Assembly (NCBI RefSeq): GCF_030684315.1
Contig: NC_081357.1
Span: 42,767,517-42,831,516 of the forward strand
Length of the DNA stretch: 64,000 bases
Reading direction: 5' to 3'
DNA from: Stegostoma tigrinum
Lineage: Eukaryota
Shown here: positions 39,930-57,349 of the stretch, piece after piece
Layout of the letters: each line of letters starts with the position of its first letter
Numbering within the stretch: the first letter of the stretch is position 1
Notes under the pieces: generated by a model
What the model saw: only the letters and a program-made list of their open reading frames with translations
What the model was told of the DNA's origin: nothing
Databases searched by the model: none
Program-made: the position numbers and the translations under genes

Positions 39930-40210
39930 ATCATAGAATCACTACAGTGTGGAAGCAGGCTATACAGCCCATTGAGTCCATACCAACCCTCCCACCCAGA
40001 CCTACACCATCCCCACATTTTCCATGGCCAATCCACCTAGCCTGCAAATCTTTGGACTACAGGAGGAAACCAGAGCATCTGGAGGAAACCCACGCAGATA
40101 CAGGGACAATATACAAACTCCACAGGGACAGTCACTCAATGGTGAAATCAAACCCAAGTCCCTGGTGCTGTGAGACAACAGTGCTAACCACTGAGCCACT
40201 TGCCGTCCCA
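39930..40210 (-). mobile_element. HE1-type V-SINE
   Basis: A box TGGCTCAGTGG, V-domain, HER1 tail. Confidence 0.82.
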
Positions 40211-40459
40211 CGAAAATTTGTAGCAATTCACCTTTAAATGAAAAAAACCACTATCCTCACTTTGGTCTCTCTGTTAATGAGCAACTAAGAGAAATAATTG
40301 CATTACACATGATTTTTATTATTCCAGGGCACAAGATTATTAAATGCCTCATATGCCAATTAATTGTTTTACTGCACATATCAACGTTCAAAAATAAAAA
40401 TATTCATCTTATGTTGGTGCTTATCAAGTGTGATAGTTGACTTTTGTAATTTCAAAAGT

Positions 40460-43400
40460 ATGCTTTATTCATTAAAACATCCTTATATGCACACATAGAG
40501 TGGTTTGATTCTATACGCAGTCTTAATATGCAGAACAAGCAGACCCAAGGCACTTCTTACCTATATGATATTGTATTTACATACATTTGAGGTGTTGGGA
40601 GGGTTGGATAACTGAATGGATCCCACTGTACTTTAGCAGAAAGACCTTAGAAAATTGTCTTTCGCCACAGCGCTTTGGCAACGCTCAGTCGAAGTCAACT
40701 CCTTGCTCTGGAAGGCCAACAAGTTACAAGCATATCAAAGAGCATCTTCAACAAGTTGATAGTCCTCCAGCTATTGTCTTGTTGTGAGTCCCAGGGAACT
40801 GCCCAGAAAGCACAGAGCCCTGTGTCATGGAGCTGCTCGACAAAAACCAGTGCACCTCTCTCCAGGCGTCCTTTGCAAGGCACATTCCGGAAGGAGATGT
40901 GTGACAGTCTCTGCACCCCACTGCCAACAGCCACTTCAAAGGCAATGTGCCATGGCATAGAGCATCTGGGCATATATGAACGATCTCACAAGTATTGCCC
41001 TTCTCACCACCAGCCAAAATAATGTCTGGTGCATGTTGGAAAGTTCCAGTGATGAAAGTTCTGGTCATTTCTGCTAAATGACTTTGACAGTCTGCAGAGG
41101 GAACCACCTGACAAGATCTACCCTCTCCTTTTCCCTCAGGGCCTCAAGGACACGACATGCTGACCACTTCCGGATGGGCTTGTGGTCAAAATTGTTTTTC
41201 TTTGCAAATTTCTGTACGATGGACAGGTGTTACAGAGCAGCCCGACTACTCAGAGCCTTCTGCAGTGCCGAAGCTAGTCCCATCCTTTACGAAACCTGGG
41301 ATAGGTAGAAACTCAGTACCTAGTGACTCTTAGCCTTTGTGTACTGAGGGTCTATGCACACCTTGATGCTGCCATGTACAAAGGTGGCGTCAGGATAAGG
41401 TTCAGTACATTCTTCATCCCCTTACTTAGTCTTTGTGTGCCGTTGCAGATATAGTCCATCTTAGACCTCCAGGTGAAGTGGAATATGGCCCGGATGACTA
41501 CAACGGTGCAGGTTCTGGGAATGGGCCAGATCTGCTCCACAGGCAATAAGAGAGAGAGTACCTCACACCTGATGATCAGGTTTTTAGTTGTAACAGGGAG
41601 GGAGCAGTGCTCCTAAAAGGCCACTTGCTGCCTCACCTTGGTGAAGCACTTGTCCCAACTTTGCTCGCATGCCCCAACCCTTCTGAACCGTATTCCCAGC
41701 ATCTCCAAGTAACTTGTCCTGGTGGTGAAGGGGGTAAACAATAAGTTGGCCAAGTTCCCAAAAACCATGGCCTTGCTCTTGCCTTGATTTACTTTGGCTC
41801 TCTGGGCCAAACTAGTCACAGAGATCATGAATCTGCATACTGACAGTGGATCTGAACAGAAAATGGTGATGACATCCATCCACGAGAAGACTTTGACCTG
41901 CATGCCTCCACTGCCAGGAATAGACACCCCTCTCAGGCTCACATCCTTCTTGGTGGACTCAGCACAAGGCCCTGTACAACAGACAAACAAGGCAGGAGAG
42001 AGTGGACAGCCCTGCCTGACTTTGGATCTGATCCAGAAGCTTTCTGATTCCCTCCCATTGATTAAGACTGCACTAATGATGTTGGTGTAGAGCAGTTGGA
42101 TCCTATTACAGAGTCGCTTCCCAAAGCCCATTTTGGACAGCAGGCCGCACATGTAAGTGTGCTATATTGTGTCAAAGGCCTCCTCCTGGTCCAGGCTGAT
42201 GAGGTCAGTGTCCAGCCATCTGTCCTGCGCATAGACGATCATATCCCTGAGGAACGCAATGTTCTCAGAGATCATCCTGCCTGGTATGGCACAGGTTTGG
42301 TTGGGATAAATCAACAATGCTAGAGCAGACTTGACTCGGTTAGCAATGACCATAGAGAGGCTTTTGTAATGTACATTCGGCAGTGAAATTGGTCGCCAAA
42401 TTCTAGCATCCTCCCTCTCTCCCTTCTGCTTGTGATGGTGCCTTTCCTCATGGATTTGCACATGTTACTTGCAAGAAACATACTTTTGCACGCCTCCAGC
42501 AGTCCTGGCCAACAAGTTCCACAGAACATAACACAATTTGGCCAGTACGCCATCACTCCAGGAGTTTTCAGAGATAATGGGAACTGCAGATGCTGGAGAA
42601 TCCAAGATAACAAAGATAAAAAGACCCAAGGGTCTAGGCCTGAAATGTCAGCTTTTGTGCTCCTAAGATGCTGCTTGGCATGCTGTGTTCATCCAGCTCC
42701 ACACTTTGTTATTTCAGGAGTTTTATTCTTTTCTAAGGACTTAAGGGCCGTGTTCAGCTCATCTAGAGATACAGCAGGTTCAGCCTCTCAGCTTGTCTAA
42801 GCCCTACATGATAGAGGGCAGGAACGATTGGGAGGCCATACTGGCTTCATGTCATATGGTCTGGCATAAAAGGATTTGCTGATCCCCAGGGTGTCAGACT
42901 GGGATGACAGTACTGAGCCAGCTTCTTCCTCTAGGCTGCTGATCATAGAGCTCTCCCTGTGCACCTTTTGGAAGAAGAAATGTAAGCATGTCGCATCCTG
43001 CTCTACGGTGCAGACCCTGGACTGGAAAATTATCTTGGGGGCCTCCGAGGTGAGGAACGAGGCTTGTTGCATGTTCAGCTCATGGGGATCCTCCGTGACA
43101 TCAAATGCCATCATCTGCAGCAGGAATAGGTTCTGCATTCTTTTCTTCCATTTGGACAGATGTCACCATCTCTCTCACTTGCTTCTGCACACCTTTGGAG
43201 ATGAAGAACCTGTTGATGTTGGCTTGACTGTTTCCCACCAGTCTGCTGGACATCCAAAGAGGAGCTTATGGTTCTCCAACCTGTGTAATTCCTTTTGAGT
43301 TCCTCAATGTTTTCTGGGGTTAACAGTTTCACATGCAGCTTCCACATCTCCTTGCTGGCCCACTGGTCATCCTGCATGTGACAGTTGGCCAGCAGGAGGC

Positions 43401-43520
43401 AGTGGCCAGAGAAAAACATTGGCTTGATGTTGGTGGTTCTGACTGAAAATGTTCAGAACACACAGGAAGTCTATCCTTGAGTGGATAGACATACCTGCCT
43501 GTGACCAGGTATATCTATGC
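40460..43520 (-). mobile_element. Degenerate Tx1/L1-clade LINE ORF2
   Basis: WRPISL, IYPNQTCAIPGRMISENI, LISLDQEEAFD, VRQGCPLSPALF; AATAAA near 40465; many frameshifts. Confidence 0.85.
42569..42714. mobile_element. Inverted PLE-end element nested in the Tx1 LINE
   Basis: TSD CAGGAGTTTT at 42559-42568 and 42715-42724; the left arm is reduced to the tail. Confidence 0.85.
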
Positions 43521-43699
43521 TACATTCTGACTGCAAGGGTGCTAAGAATGCCATGCAGCTTGGTGACTTTAACTATTTTCAGGTAGCTGGCATTGCTAGT
43601 CACTGCCACAATCTTACTACTGGTGTTCAACTTAATAACATCAGTGAAGCTCTAAATCAGCTTTTCAAGTCCACTGCAAACTACATAGGGCTACTTTTG

Positions 43700-43880
43700 G
43701 TTAATTCAGTTGGCTGGATTGCTAGTTTGAAATGTAGAATAATACCACAGCACAGGTTCGCTTCCCACAAAGGCTGGGTTTACCAGGAAGACGTCTCCTT
43801 CTCAACCTCTCTCCTTACCTGAGGCGTGGTCTCTCTCTCTAATGAGAGCATGGGACTATGGTGGCTTTACCTTACTTACT
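43700..43880 (+). mobile_element. tRNA-derived SINE (third family); second copy at 44830-45000
   Basis: Both copies share ttggct.gat.gct.gttt, ggttacc and cctc.c...acctga.gc.tggt. Confidence 0.5.
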
Positions 43881-44149
43881 TTGATTGATGTTTTATGGTA
43901 CAAAAACAGTTAGCCACAGGGTGGCACCAATACCACAGCAAACGTACTATTTGTTACTAACTAACACGCAATCTGCCTTTACCCAGTTTATAATTACAAA
44001 GGGAAAATGCTTATCGAACATTTGTACACTTTTAATTTTAAGAATTATTTCCAGGACCTTATAATTAGTTTAAAGTTATAATAAGTTCGTAATGATAATA
44101 TTTACAGTGGAGTTTATGAACTCTAATCAAAGGACAACCTTCAAATCCC

Positions 44150-44460
44150 TAATCATATATGTGAATACGTCTGAATCAGAGAACTCAGGGCCATTGTCCA
44201 AAGATAAGAGGTCAGCCATTTAGGACTGAACTGGAAAGAAATGTCTTTACTCAGACATGTGAATCTTTGGCATTCTCTAAGGGGCTGTAAGTGCTCAGGC
44301 TCTGAGATTATGCAAGTATGATTGATAAAATTTGTGGACAATATGGAAATCAAGGGCTATTGAGATAGAAAAGTGCAGCTGAGTGGAATATCAGCCTTTG
44401 TGAAGAAGGGAGCAGGTTCAGCATTGAACTACTCCTGCTTTCTTTTCTTCTGTTCCTGTT
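44150..44460 (+). mobile_element. Old CR1 3' fragment
   Basis: agataagaggtcagccatttaggactga..aatctttggcattct. Confidence 0.65.
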
Positions 44461-44738
44461 ATAATGTCAATGATTAGCTCAGCAGTCCAACCTTGCATTC
44501 TTACATCTCCACACTAATTGCAAAGGAAAGAGACTATCTGTTGCCTGATTGGCTGACTGAATGACTGCCAGTCTGGTCTTCATTACTATTATCAATGTAT
44601 TGTTAATACCTTAATAATTTTTACTCAGACTTGTGTCTAAGTCATTAATTCTTTTATTTCTGAAGGATCCAGGACAGCCCTGGAGTGGAGGCAACCCATC
44701 TGCTGTGGGAGGTAAGTTTCTTGGAATCTGGTCTTTCC

Positions 44739-44804
44739 TCTGCCTCACACGTCCTCATTCTGCCTCACATGTCCTCATTCTGCCTCACACAGCCTCACTC
44801 TGCC
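44739..44804. repeat. 20-bp tandem repeat, ~3.3 copies (TCTGCCTCACAYGTCCTCAT)
   Basis: Directly visible. Confidence 0.85.
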
Positions 44805-45569
44805 TTTTGTCATCAATGGTTGGGGTACTTTTCCCATTGCGTGTTCAGTCACTTGGCTCGATGGCTGGTTTATGATGGACGGTGACATCAGCAAAGGTCA
44901 ATTGCTACCCTGGTTGAGGTTACCGTGAGACACCCATGGTCTCCTCCTTAACCTTGCCCCTCACCTGAAGCATGGTAACTCTCAGGTTAACCAGCAATCT
45001 CTTGCATGTGTTCATATGCTACTTGTATTTTTAGTTGATACTTTTTATTTAATGTGTTTGTTAAAATGTATTATTAAAATATACAAACGAATCATTATAC
45101 TAAATATCTATATAAAAATTAATATAATCAAATGCATATTTTAGAGGCATCCATATACATGTTCCCAGAATTACATTATATAACAGTCCATTCGGGCCAA
45201 CAGTGATTATGCTCCACATGAGACTCATCTCACCTTATTTTCTCTCACCCTATTAGCATATCCTTCTATTTCTTTCTCATTCACACATTTACTCGATTCC
45301 CCTTAAACGTAACCACACTGTTCGCCTCAAGCTCTCAACTGGACAATGATATATATGTTGCACATTTGTAGCTTTCAGTGTGCACATGTATTCACTGAGC
45401 ATGCATGTGTTGTAGATTTGAATACTTAATTATATAGCAGCAAATGCAGCTATTTTATCCTTTTTAAAAACTGGGTACCAGTCATTATATGGACATTTAT
45501 GAGTATGATTAGCTATTCCAATGAACTAGACAATATACTTGAGTGGAGAACCCATAATAGATGTTATAA

Positions 45570-46560
45570 GAGGTTTTGCATAAGCCAGTTCAATAATTTA
45601 AGTGAGGCTATATTAGTAGAAGTAAAAAAGAAAAATGGGCAACACACCATTCAGTACATACAATGGGCTGCCAAAAAGTCAGGGAGAGATGGTGGATCAA
45701 ATTTCAGAGAAATGTTAAAATAATAAAGCACTAATCATAATTTTACCTACTCAAATATCACTTGGGATAATTTTAATCTGCAAAATAGGTAAAGTTCTTT
45801 AACTGCATCCAAAAGAACTTATGTTGAGCCAGTCACTAGAAAACCCAATGAAGAATAGGGCAGTTTTGCACCTTACATTCAGAAATGAAACTGGGCAGCT
45901 GGAAGACATAACAGTAGGGCAGCATTTTGGAGATAGTGACCATAACTCAATTAGATTTAATTTTTTAATGGAAAAGGTTAAGGATGGTCTGGAAACAATA
46001 AGTGTAAACTGGGCAAAGGCTAATTTTATTAAGAGATGATTTGGCCCAAGTGAGTTGGGTGAAGCTTTTTCTTGAGTCAGAGGAATGGGAGGCATCTAAA
46101 CAGGAGCTAGCAGAAGTACATGACAAATACTTTCCCATAAATGATGGGGCGAAGACTGAAAAACCCTGAATGTTAAGTGACATAAATATTAGGATTAAGA
46201 TAATATCAGGATTAAGACCCTCATGACAGACATCAAGGAGCAGAGTCTCTAGAGGAATATAAAAAGTGCAGGGGAGATCGTTAAAAAAAGTTAAGAAAGC
46301 AAGCAAGCACTTTCTGTTAGAAAAAAATCCAAAGAGTTTTTAAAATATAAATATATGAAGAGCAAGAGAATAACTACAGAAAGAGTAAAGCCCATTAGAG
46401 ATCATTCTATGTGTGGATCCAGAAGACATGGGCACAGTCCTTAATGAATAGTTTTGTGTTGGTCTTCGCAACTTAAGTGGACAACGCAGGTGTAGGCTTC
46501 AGGATGATGAACGGTGAAATATTGGATTTCAAGAGCAGGGAGAGAGAAATGGTATTTACT
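45570..46560 (+). mobile_element. Old CR1 endonuclease/linker fragment
   Basis: VGQHFGDSDHNSIRF..NWAKANF. Confidence 0.8.
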
Positions 46561-46874
46561 TCTCACTGGAAGCCACAGAGCCTATAAGCACTAGTAGTTC
46601 ATTAAGAGACGTGAAAAAAAAGGGAGGAAAAGTGACACTCAGAAATCATGGGACTCTATTTTCTAGAAATTCAAGGAAAATTGAGAAGTACCTTTGAAAG
46701 GTTTGGTGTTTAACAGCCTCTTCTGTTGACCCAGGAGCAAATGTAAATTTATTGTTTGAGAGCATGTCCAATGAATGTGCTATTGATGACGTGTTTAATG
46801 CAAGATTGCTTCCTCAATGAAATTTGAAACTGTGGTGGATCAGTTTAACTTAGTACGAAATTGTGTAAAATGTA

Positions 46875-47893
46875 TTTTTAAAATAGTTTCACATTTATTG
46901 CAAACTCAACTTTAGTTCAGGAATGTGTACATTTCAAAACAAATTAAAAGTACAATCTATTTTACAGAAAAATCATTTACATTACTGGTAATGTCTTAAA
47001 TATACACATTAAAACTAGTGCAGCAACAAATCACAATGTATAGATTTCCTTACATATGCACAGTTGAAATTGAATAACCACTAAAATCTGGAATGTTAGA
47101 GACAAAAATGAAGTTACTTTGCACATACAGGATTACTAGCACATAGAAGCCAGTTGGAAGTTTTAAGACAGACAACACAATGGGGCATTTTGGTCCTAGA
47201 AACAAATTATAGTTCTACCTATAGCAGCAATGCTTCAAGCATATTTTAGTAAACTATTTTAGAGATTAATTGTTTGTATTTGTGTGGGAGGAGAAGTGTT
47301 AAATTATATAGAGACAGCATTGTGATACATCATTTCATCTTCCGGGTTTGGATGTGATGAATATACACCAATGTTCAGGATTTGCTGCAATGATGAAAAT
47401 ATCTCAAGTCAATGTTTAAACCATAGAAATCATTAGGGCCATGGCCCAGACTGAACTACACTTGCACCATTGTTCACATTTCTATATACTGTGACACAAC
47501 CCTTGAACATGACCACTCCAATGCCTTCAAACTTGCTGAGCTCTAAAGGCACATGTACTGAAACAGTCTTCAGGCAATCATTGTTTTCAAGTCAGGTTTA
47601 AATAAAAAGATCTTGAAATGATAGATGGGTGACAAAGTTCTTTCTCTATCCCATTGATTAATGGACTTTTTTCCAGTGTGTAGCCACGCAGCATGTTGCA
47701 GCCATCTTCCAAGACCCACACGGCAACAAGTGCTCGTTGAACATTTCAGAATCATCTCAGAAATGGAATAAAAGGCCAGGCAGCTGCCAATGAGATGCAT
47801 AACTTTCCTTCCAAGCTAAGTCCCATTTCTTGGTAACTGAACTTAGAGCTCAGTTAAGGTGAACCCCATCAGACAATTCAGTGTGATGATTCA
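46875..47893 (-). other. SGK1: SGK1 3'UTR (~1 kb)
   Basis: Repeat-free AT-rich DNA from the stop codon to AATAAA; contains miR-15/16 and miR-133 seed matches. Confidence 0.75.
46894..46899 (-). terminator. SGK1 polyadenylation signal AATAAA
   Basis: tttgcAATAAA on the minus strand ~1 kb after the stop; same context as I recall for mammalian SGK1. Confidence 0.7.
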
Positions 47894-52419
<4,526 letters not shown>

Positions 52420-52535
52420 GGTTACAAGCTGATGGCCTTATTGGGGAAGTTTGTGCCTGATAGTATTCCCAGTACGATCCGTGCCCAGGAAGAGTTAGCA
52501 GATTGTGAGAAGTGGCGAGCGCGTTCTGGGTTTGG

Positions 52536-52610
52536 ATATATATACACGGTGCACACAGGAGACGAGCGTGGGGGCGGTGGTATGTGAGCAATGTAGCGGA
52601 GCCGGGCGGT
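52536..52610 (-). promoter_or_regulatory. SGK1 proximal promoter: TATA box plus GC boxes
   Basis: TATATATAT at 52544-52536, ~120 nt upstream of the ATG; GGGGCGG at ~52571 and GGGCGG at ~52604. Confidence 0.7.
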
Positions 52611-52615
52611 CCTGA

Positions 52616-52634
52616 CCTCTCTCTCTCTCTCTCT
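52616..52634. repeat. (CT)n microsatellite in the SGK1 promoter
   Basis: ctctctctctctctctct. Confidence 0.8.
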
Positions 52635-53785
52635 GAGTCAGCCTGTCACTATCACTCCTACTACGCTTCCTCCCGGAACGCGAGCGTCACACACCAGCCA
52701 GCAAAAAAATTCGCAATTTTTCCAGAACTGTCACTAACGGCCGTGAACATTCCCCTCTGCTCCATCGCCACCTGCTTTCTATCAGCTCAGCTCTCACCAC
52801 CCAAATAACAGCGCAAACTTTCACTTGCTTGAGGAGAACAGCCCCGCGGGTCATGTTTGTGGGAAATTTGTAGAGTGTACGTGCACACGCGCGAACTGTA
52901 CAACAGCATTAGCCGTAGAATCAAAGTTTGCTGGGTCATTTTTCTCTCTCTGCGCTTTCAGAGATTAGTTCAATCTTCTTAACGTCGACAGAATGAAGCA
53001 GAACTTGGCGGGGGGGGGGGGGTGTTGGTGGGAGGTGTGAATTTGTCATCATATGGCCAGTAATGATGGAGGAATGCTCAATTTCACAAGAGGAAACAAT
53101 TCTGCCTTTCAACCAACTTGTAACGTTACAATTGCTGGCTAATTCGGGTCCTCCCAGAATCTGTGAGGGACGCTTCACAAGCTGGAATTGCAGTTTGGAC
53201 TGAACAGCATCATACAAAACCACTGGCCTCAGAAATTAATTCACAAGGCAGGCAGATTGGCAGATACAGCAGTCTTTTTTATAATGGGTGTACACTTCAG
53301 AGGCAGAGAGAACCTCTGCATGGAATCTGTCTCGTAAAACAGGTAAAGGCCGGGTTATGTTTGCAGTTCAGATCAAATTGAAAAAAGATCAATTCGGCCT
53401 GTCAAACATTTACAAATCACAGATTCCAAGCAGGCGTTTCCTTCCACAACGTTTAGATTTCGCCCCAGCTGACTTTCGACGTGGCAAATCTGGAAGCTTT
53501 ACTATCCATCCCTCTCTCGCAGCCTCTTCCCCCCGCCCCCCCGCGGAACCACCACTAGCGGCTCGACAGCACTGGGCCGGGTTTGTGGTGGGGGATCGGG
53601 ATCGCATCCAGCTAGGGGAGAGAGTTTACGGGCGGCCGGGGTGGGGGCGGTGGCAAACAACTGGAAAAATGGGTCAGGATGTACAACGCGAGACTTTCTC
53701 CCCTTTCCTATCGACCGTCGGCACCACGCCTGGGCACCGTTAACTACAGTCAAACTCACCCCCAGCTGGGAAAGAAACATCTAAC

Positions 53786-53819
53786 CTGCGAAAGAAATCT
53801 TCTCTGTTAAAGTTTTCAT
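53786..53819 (-). CDS. SGK1: Probable alternative first coding exon of SGK1 (MKTLTEKISFA/A, spliced to exon 2)
   Basis: AGC-ATG start, 34 nt, phase-1 donor G|GTTAGA compatible with exon 2; TATATTAAA ~75 nt upstream; inside the CpG island. Confidence 0.6.
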
Positions 53820-53892
53820 GCTTGTCCCGGCTGCTTAAGGCTCCCCACACAATCCAATGGTAATTGAAGGCAAGCTGGCTGGCAGAGGGCGG

Positions 53893-53901
53893 TTTAATAT
53901 A
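53893..53901 (-). promoter_or_regulatory. TATA-like box of the putative upstream SGK1 promoter
   Basis: TATATTAAA upstream of the candidate alternative ATG at 53819. Confidence 0.5.
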
Positions 53902-55039
53902 GAGGCGAGGTGCCTACAATTAAATTTTCATTTACATAGATAACTTATCACGGTGCTTGGCTTTTAAATTCCACAACGTGAGGCTTGATTGCTTTGCAAA
54001 TGATTAAGTATGACAAGCACTGGACTTTTGGCGATTTTTGGAACACTGCATTTGGGTAGCTTCAGCGCTGTTCGCAGACCGTGTTTTCACTCCGATTCGG
54101 TTTTACATTGAAGCGGGGAGGGTGGCTGGCATATGAACTAAATTCTGATTGAGGTGTATTTGCGGCACTGGGGTGTCACCAGCAGTCAGTACAGACAGGG
54201 GGCCGTGGTGGCGCCAATGCTCTCTCCACTCCCAGGACATTGGGCACCGTGGCAGTTGTGTGGAAGGGACTTGTTGAGACTGCTTCCTATGGACCGGATA
54301 CCTTTAGGGTGGAGGAGGCGCCCCCTGCTAATTCCTGGCATCCACCGCAGGTTTCCTTCAAGGAAAACCGTGGGACAGAGCGACCGTTTTGTGATTTGCA
54401 GTAATCTTGTCTCTGGTGCCCCTTCTTAGGGCTAAGGGTCCTTTTGATTTAAACGAACGCAGTCTTTTCCTGTAATTAATTGCCCTGTGCAAAAGAACGT
54501 GAATTATACATGCGGGTTCTTCATTGTGCCACAGCAGTTAATCACAGGAAATACTTTAACTCTGCATGACAGTATAACATGTATTAGTCAACCGGTTCGT
54601 CAGTAATAACGTGGAAATAATTTCTTGATCACTTTGCAGCAGAAAGATCACCTCTCCTGTAAACATCAGCACTTACAGTTGACCTTACTCCTAACATGAA
54701 ATAAAATCTTCATACAAAATTAAATATACTTATAAAATAAAGAGATGATAACTTTAGAGATAGCAATCTGTCCTCCAGCAAACAAACAAAATTAAAATAT
54801 AAATTATCTGGGTTAGAGTTCAGGATTTGTTAAAATCATGTGAGTCCATGGGGCAATTACCTTGTAATTACTTGTGGATTTCTGCCTTCTGCACTTTTGT
54901 GGAAAACCTCCACTAATACATTTCCTGAACAACATTTCATTCAAATAGTTAAATGTGGAAATGAACAGTAAAATTTGAGGGTGAAGGATCCTAATGCCTT
55001 TAAGTTTTTCTTTCAGTGCTCATGTAGAATCCATCCTTT

Positions 55040-55760
55040 GAGGATTAACATGTGGGAACTTTGGAATAGACCATTTAGCCTCTTGGAAATTGCTACATTA
55101 TTAAATGAGGTTGGTATTGCCAGCCAATCTGACTCAAATTTATATGCCTGCCTTTGCCTCGTTTCACGTAACATATTTGGTTAACAAATATCTATCAAGC
55201 TCAGTTTTAAGATTAACAATTCAGCATCAGCCTTTGCCTGAAGAAGCTTTCAAATTTCTATGACCATTCGTATCAAGTTGTTCACTGACTTCACGCCTGA
55301 AAGGCATGATACTCATTTTTAGTCAATGCCCTACGGCCCCTACACCTCCCAACCACTGTAAATTGTTACTATCTATCTTACTTATTCCCAAATCTGTTCA
55401 AAATTTCAATCAAATCATCCCTTAAACTTCTAAATTCCAGTGAAGCCCTTATTTAATATTCTCTCCTTGTAATTCAAATCCTGGAGTCCAAGTGTCATTC
55501 TGGTAACTCCATGCTCCTGTGCCTCCAAGGCCAATTCATGATTCCTAAACAGTGAGATGCAGAACGGTTCACAATATTCCAGGTGTTTTCTAACCAGGGC
55601 TTTGTGGAACTGATACATGACTTCCACTGACTTGTATTTTAATTCCTTAAATACAATGGCCAGTGTTCCCTGAATCTTTTTGATTAATGTTTGCACCTGT
55701 TCAAGAAATTTTAATAATCTAAGTACTTAGCTCTTCAATTGTCTTTAAACTTCTACAGTT
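55040..55760 (-). mobile_element. Old CR1 3' fragment
   Basis: YKSVEVMYQFHKALVRKHLEYC. Confidence 0.8.
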
Positions 55761-56401
55761 TTAGCCTTTCACTCTATTGTATTCTGCACGTTTGTACAAA
55801 TGTTTGATTGATTTTAGTCACACCACAGAAACTGAATCTCCTCAATAGAATGTTTTGTATTTTTGCATGCAAGATATTTTGGACAGTGTTCTCTTGCTAC
55901 ATACATGCACAGTTTCATTTTGATACTGGAATTGGTTGGAAATATAAAAGATGTTACATTGCTGTAATGTATCACAGGGTGGTGATGTTCTTATAACCAG
56001 GAAACATTTGAGTAATTCATTTACCCAGTGATGTGTTGCAACATTGAAAGACATTCTCTTCTGCATTACTTGTTGTGATTCTATAGAAGGAGTGAGTAGG
56101 AAGGGGAAGTTATTCACAGCAATGCATTTCTTCCATTTTCAGCAGATCATATTGTCAGCAACCGATGTCCTTCAGTGATTTCACAATGAAGTAATGTGAA
56201 TTTTGCATTGTCACTTGAATTGATATGTTTTATTTTGCTGTGTTTCACAACGAAATTATAGACCTTGGTTCCATTGTTGTCATAACAAGAATAAGGCTGC
56301 CTAAAATTGGGGAGGCAATGGCCTAGTGGTGTTATTGCTGGACTGTTAATCCAGAAACCAAGATAACATTATGCGTTTGAATCCTGCCAGGGCAGATGGT
56401 G

Positions 56402-56609
56402 CAGAGATAATGAGAACTGCAGATGCTGGAGAATCCAAGATAACAAGGTGTAGAGCTGGATGAACACAGCAGGCCAAGCAGCATCTTAGAAGGAGGAAAG
56501 CTGACATTTTGGGCCTAGACCCTTCATCTATACCCGAAATGTCAGCTTTCCTGCTCCTAAGATGCTGCTTAGTCTGCTATGTTCATCCAGCTCCACACCT
56601 TGTTATCTT
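56402..56609. mobile_element. Palindromic PLE-end element (older family A variant) inside a SINE head (56310-56640)
   Basis: Inverted arms gataacaaggtgtagagctgg / ccagctccacaccttgttatc. Confidence 0.82.
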
Positions 56610-56639
56610 TTTTAGTGGTGTTGAGTCGAGGAAACCATT

Positions 56640-56885
56640 GGTTTTCACCAGGGAGAACTTGTTTTTGCTCTCCTTCAATAGTGCTATGGGATCTTTTACC
56701 TTGTCCACCTGAGCTGGCAGAAAAGATTTTAGATTCATGTTTTTGATCTGAAAGGCAGCATGCTCCACAATGTCATGCTTATCATGGGAGTGTCAAATTG
56801 GATCATGTAGTTCAGTCCATAATACATTTAAACCAACACCTCTGGGTCAGAAGTAAGACTGTGCTAACTGAGTCAAACTGAGACT
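56640..56885 (-). mobile_element. DeuSINE (SacSINE1-like), partial
   Basis: tgctgcctttcagat..caggtggac..aaaagatcccatagcactatt Deu-domain motif plus tRNA-like head. Confidence 0.6.
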
Positions 56886-56982
56886 CCATGACTTAAACCA
56901 TTTAGATTGAAAAGGTTGATTTGTGCTGAGTTAGCTAACTTCAGCTGGACCTGTAGGGTGGGCACTACAATTGGCTGGAGCA

Positions 56983-57325
56983 GGGCAGCATTGTGGCTCA
57001 GTGGTTAGCACTGCTGCCTCACAGCGCTAGGGACCTGGGTTCGATTCCACCCTCGGGCAACTGTCTATGTGGAGTTTGCACATTCTCCCTGTGTCTGTAT
57101 GCATTTCCTCCCATAGTGCAAAATGGCACATGTTAGGTGGATTGGCCACGCTAAATTGCCCATAGTGTCCAGGGATATGAAGGCTAGATGGGTTAGCCAT
57201 GGGATATGTGGCGTTAGAGGGATAAAGTATGGGGTTGGGTCTGGATGACATACTCTTTGGAGGGTCAGTGTGGACTAGATGGGCTGAATGGTCTGTTTCC
57301 ACTCTGTAGGGATTGTATGATTCTG
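56983..57325 (+). mobile_element. HE1-type V-SINE
   Basis: TGGCTCAGTGG A box, GGTTCGATTCC B box, V-domain gtggagtttgcacattctccc, HER1 tail. Confidence 0.88.
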
Positions 57326-57349
57326 GGCATGGGCAGAGAAAATAATCCA

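Larger units (their letters stand above)
52480..54420. promoter_or_regulatory. CpG-island-like region over the SGK1 5' end
   Basis: Visibly dense CpG (gcgagcgcg, cacgcgcg, ccgcgg, ggcggccggg) against a CpG-poor background. Confidence 0.75.

Noticed and set aside
53410-53607. Basic minus-strand ORF as the equivalent of another human SGK1 first exon
   Set aside because: The only nearby donor (T|GTAAAT) is phase 2 in this frame and does not fit exon 2.
56983-57060. tRNA gene
   Set aside because: The A and B boxes run straight into a V-domain and HER1 tail, so this is a SINE head.
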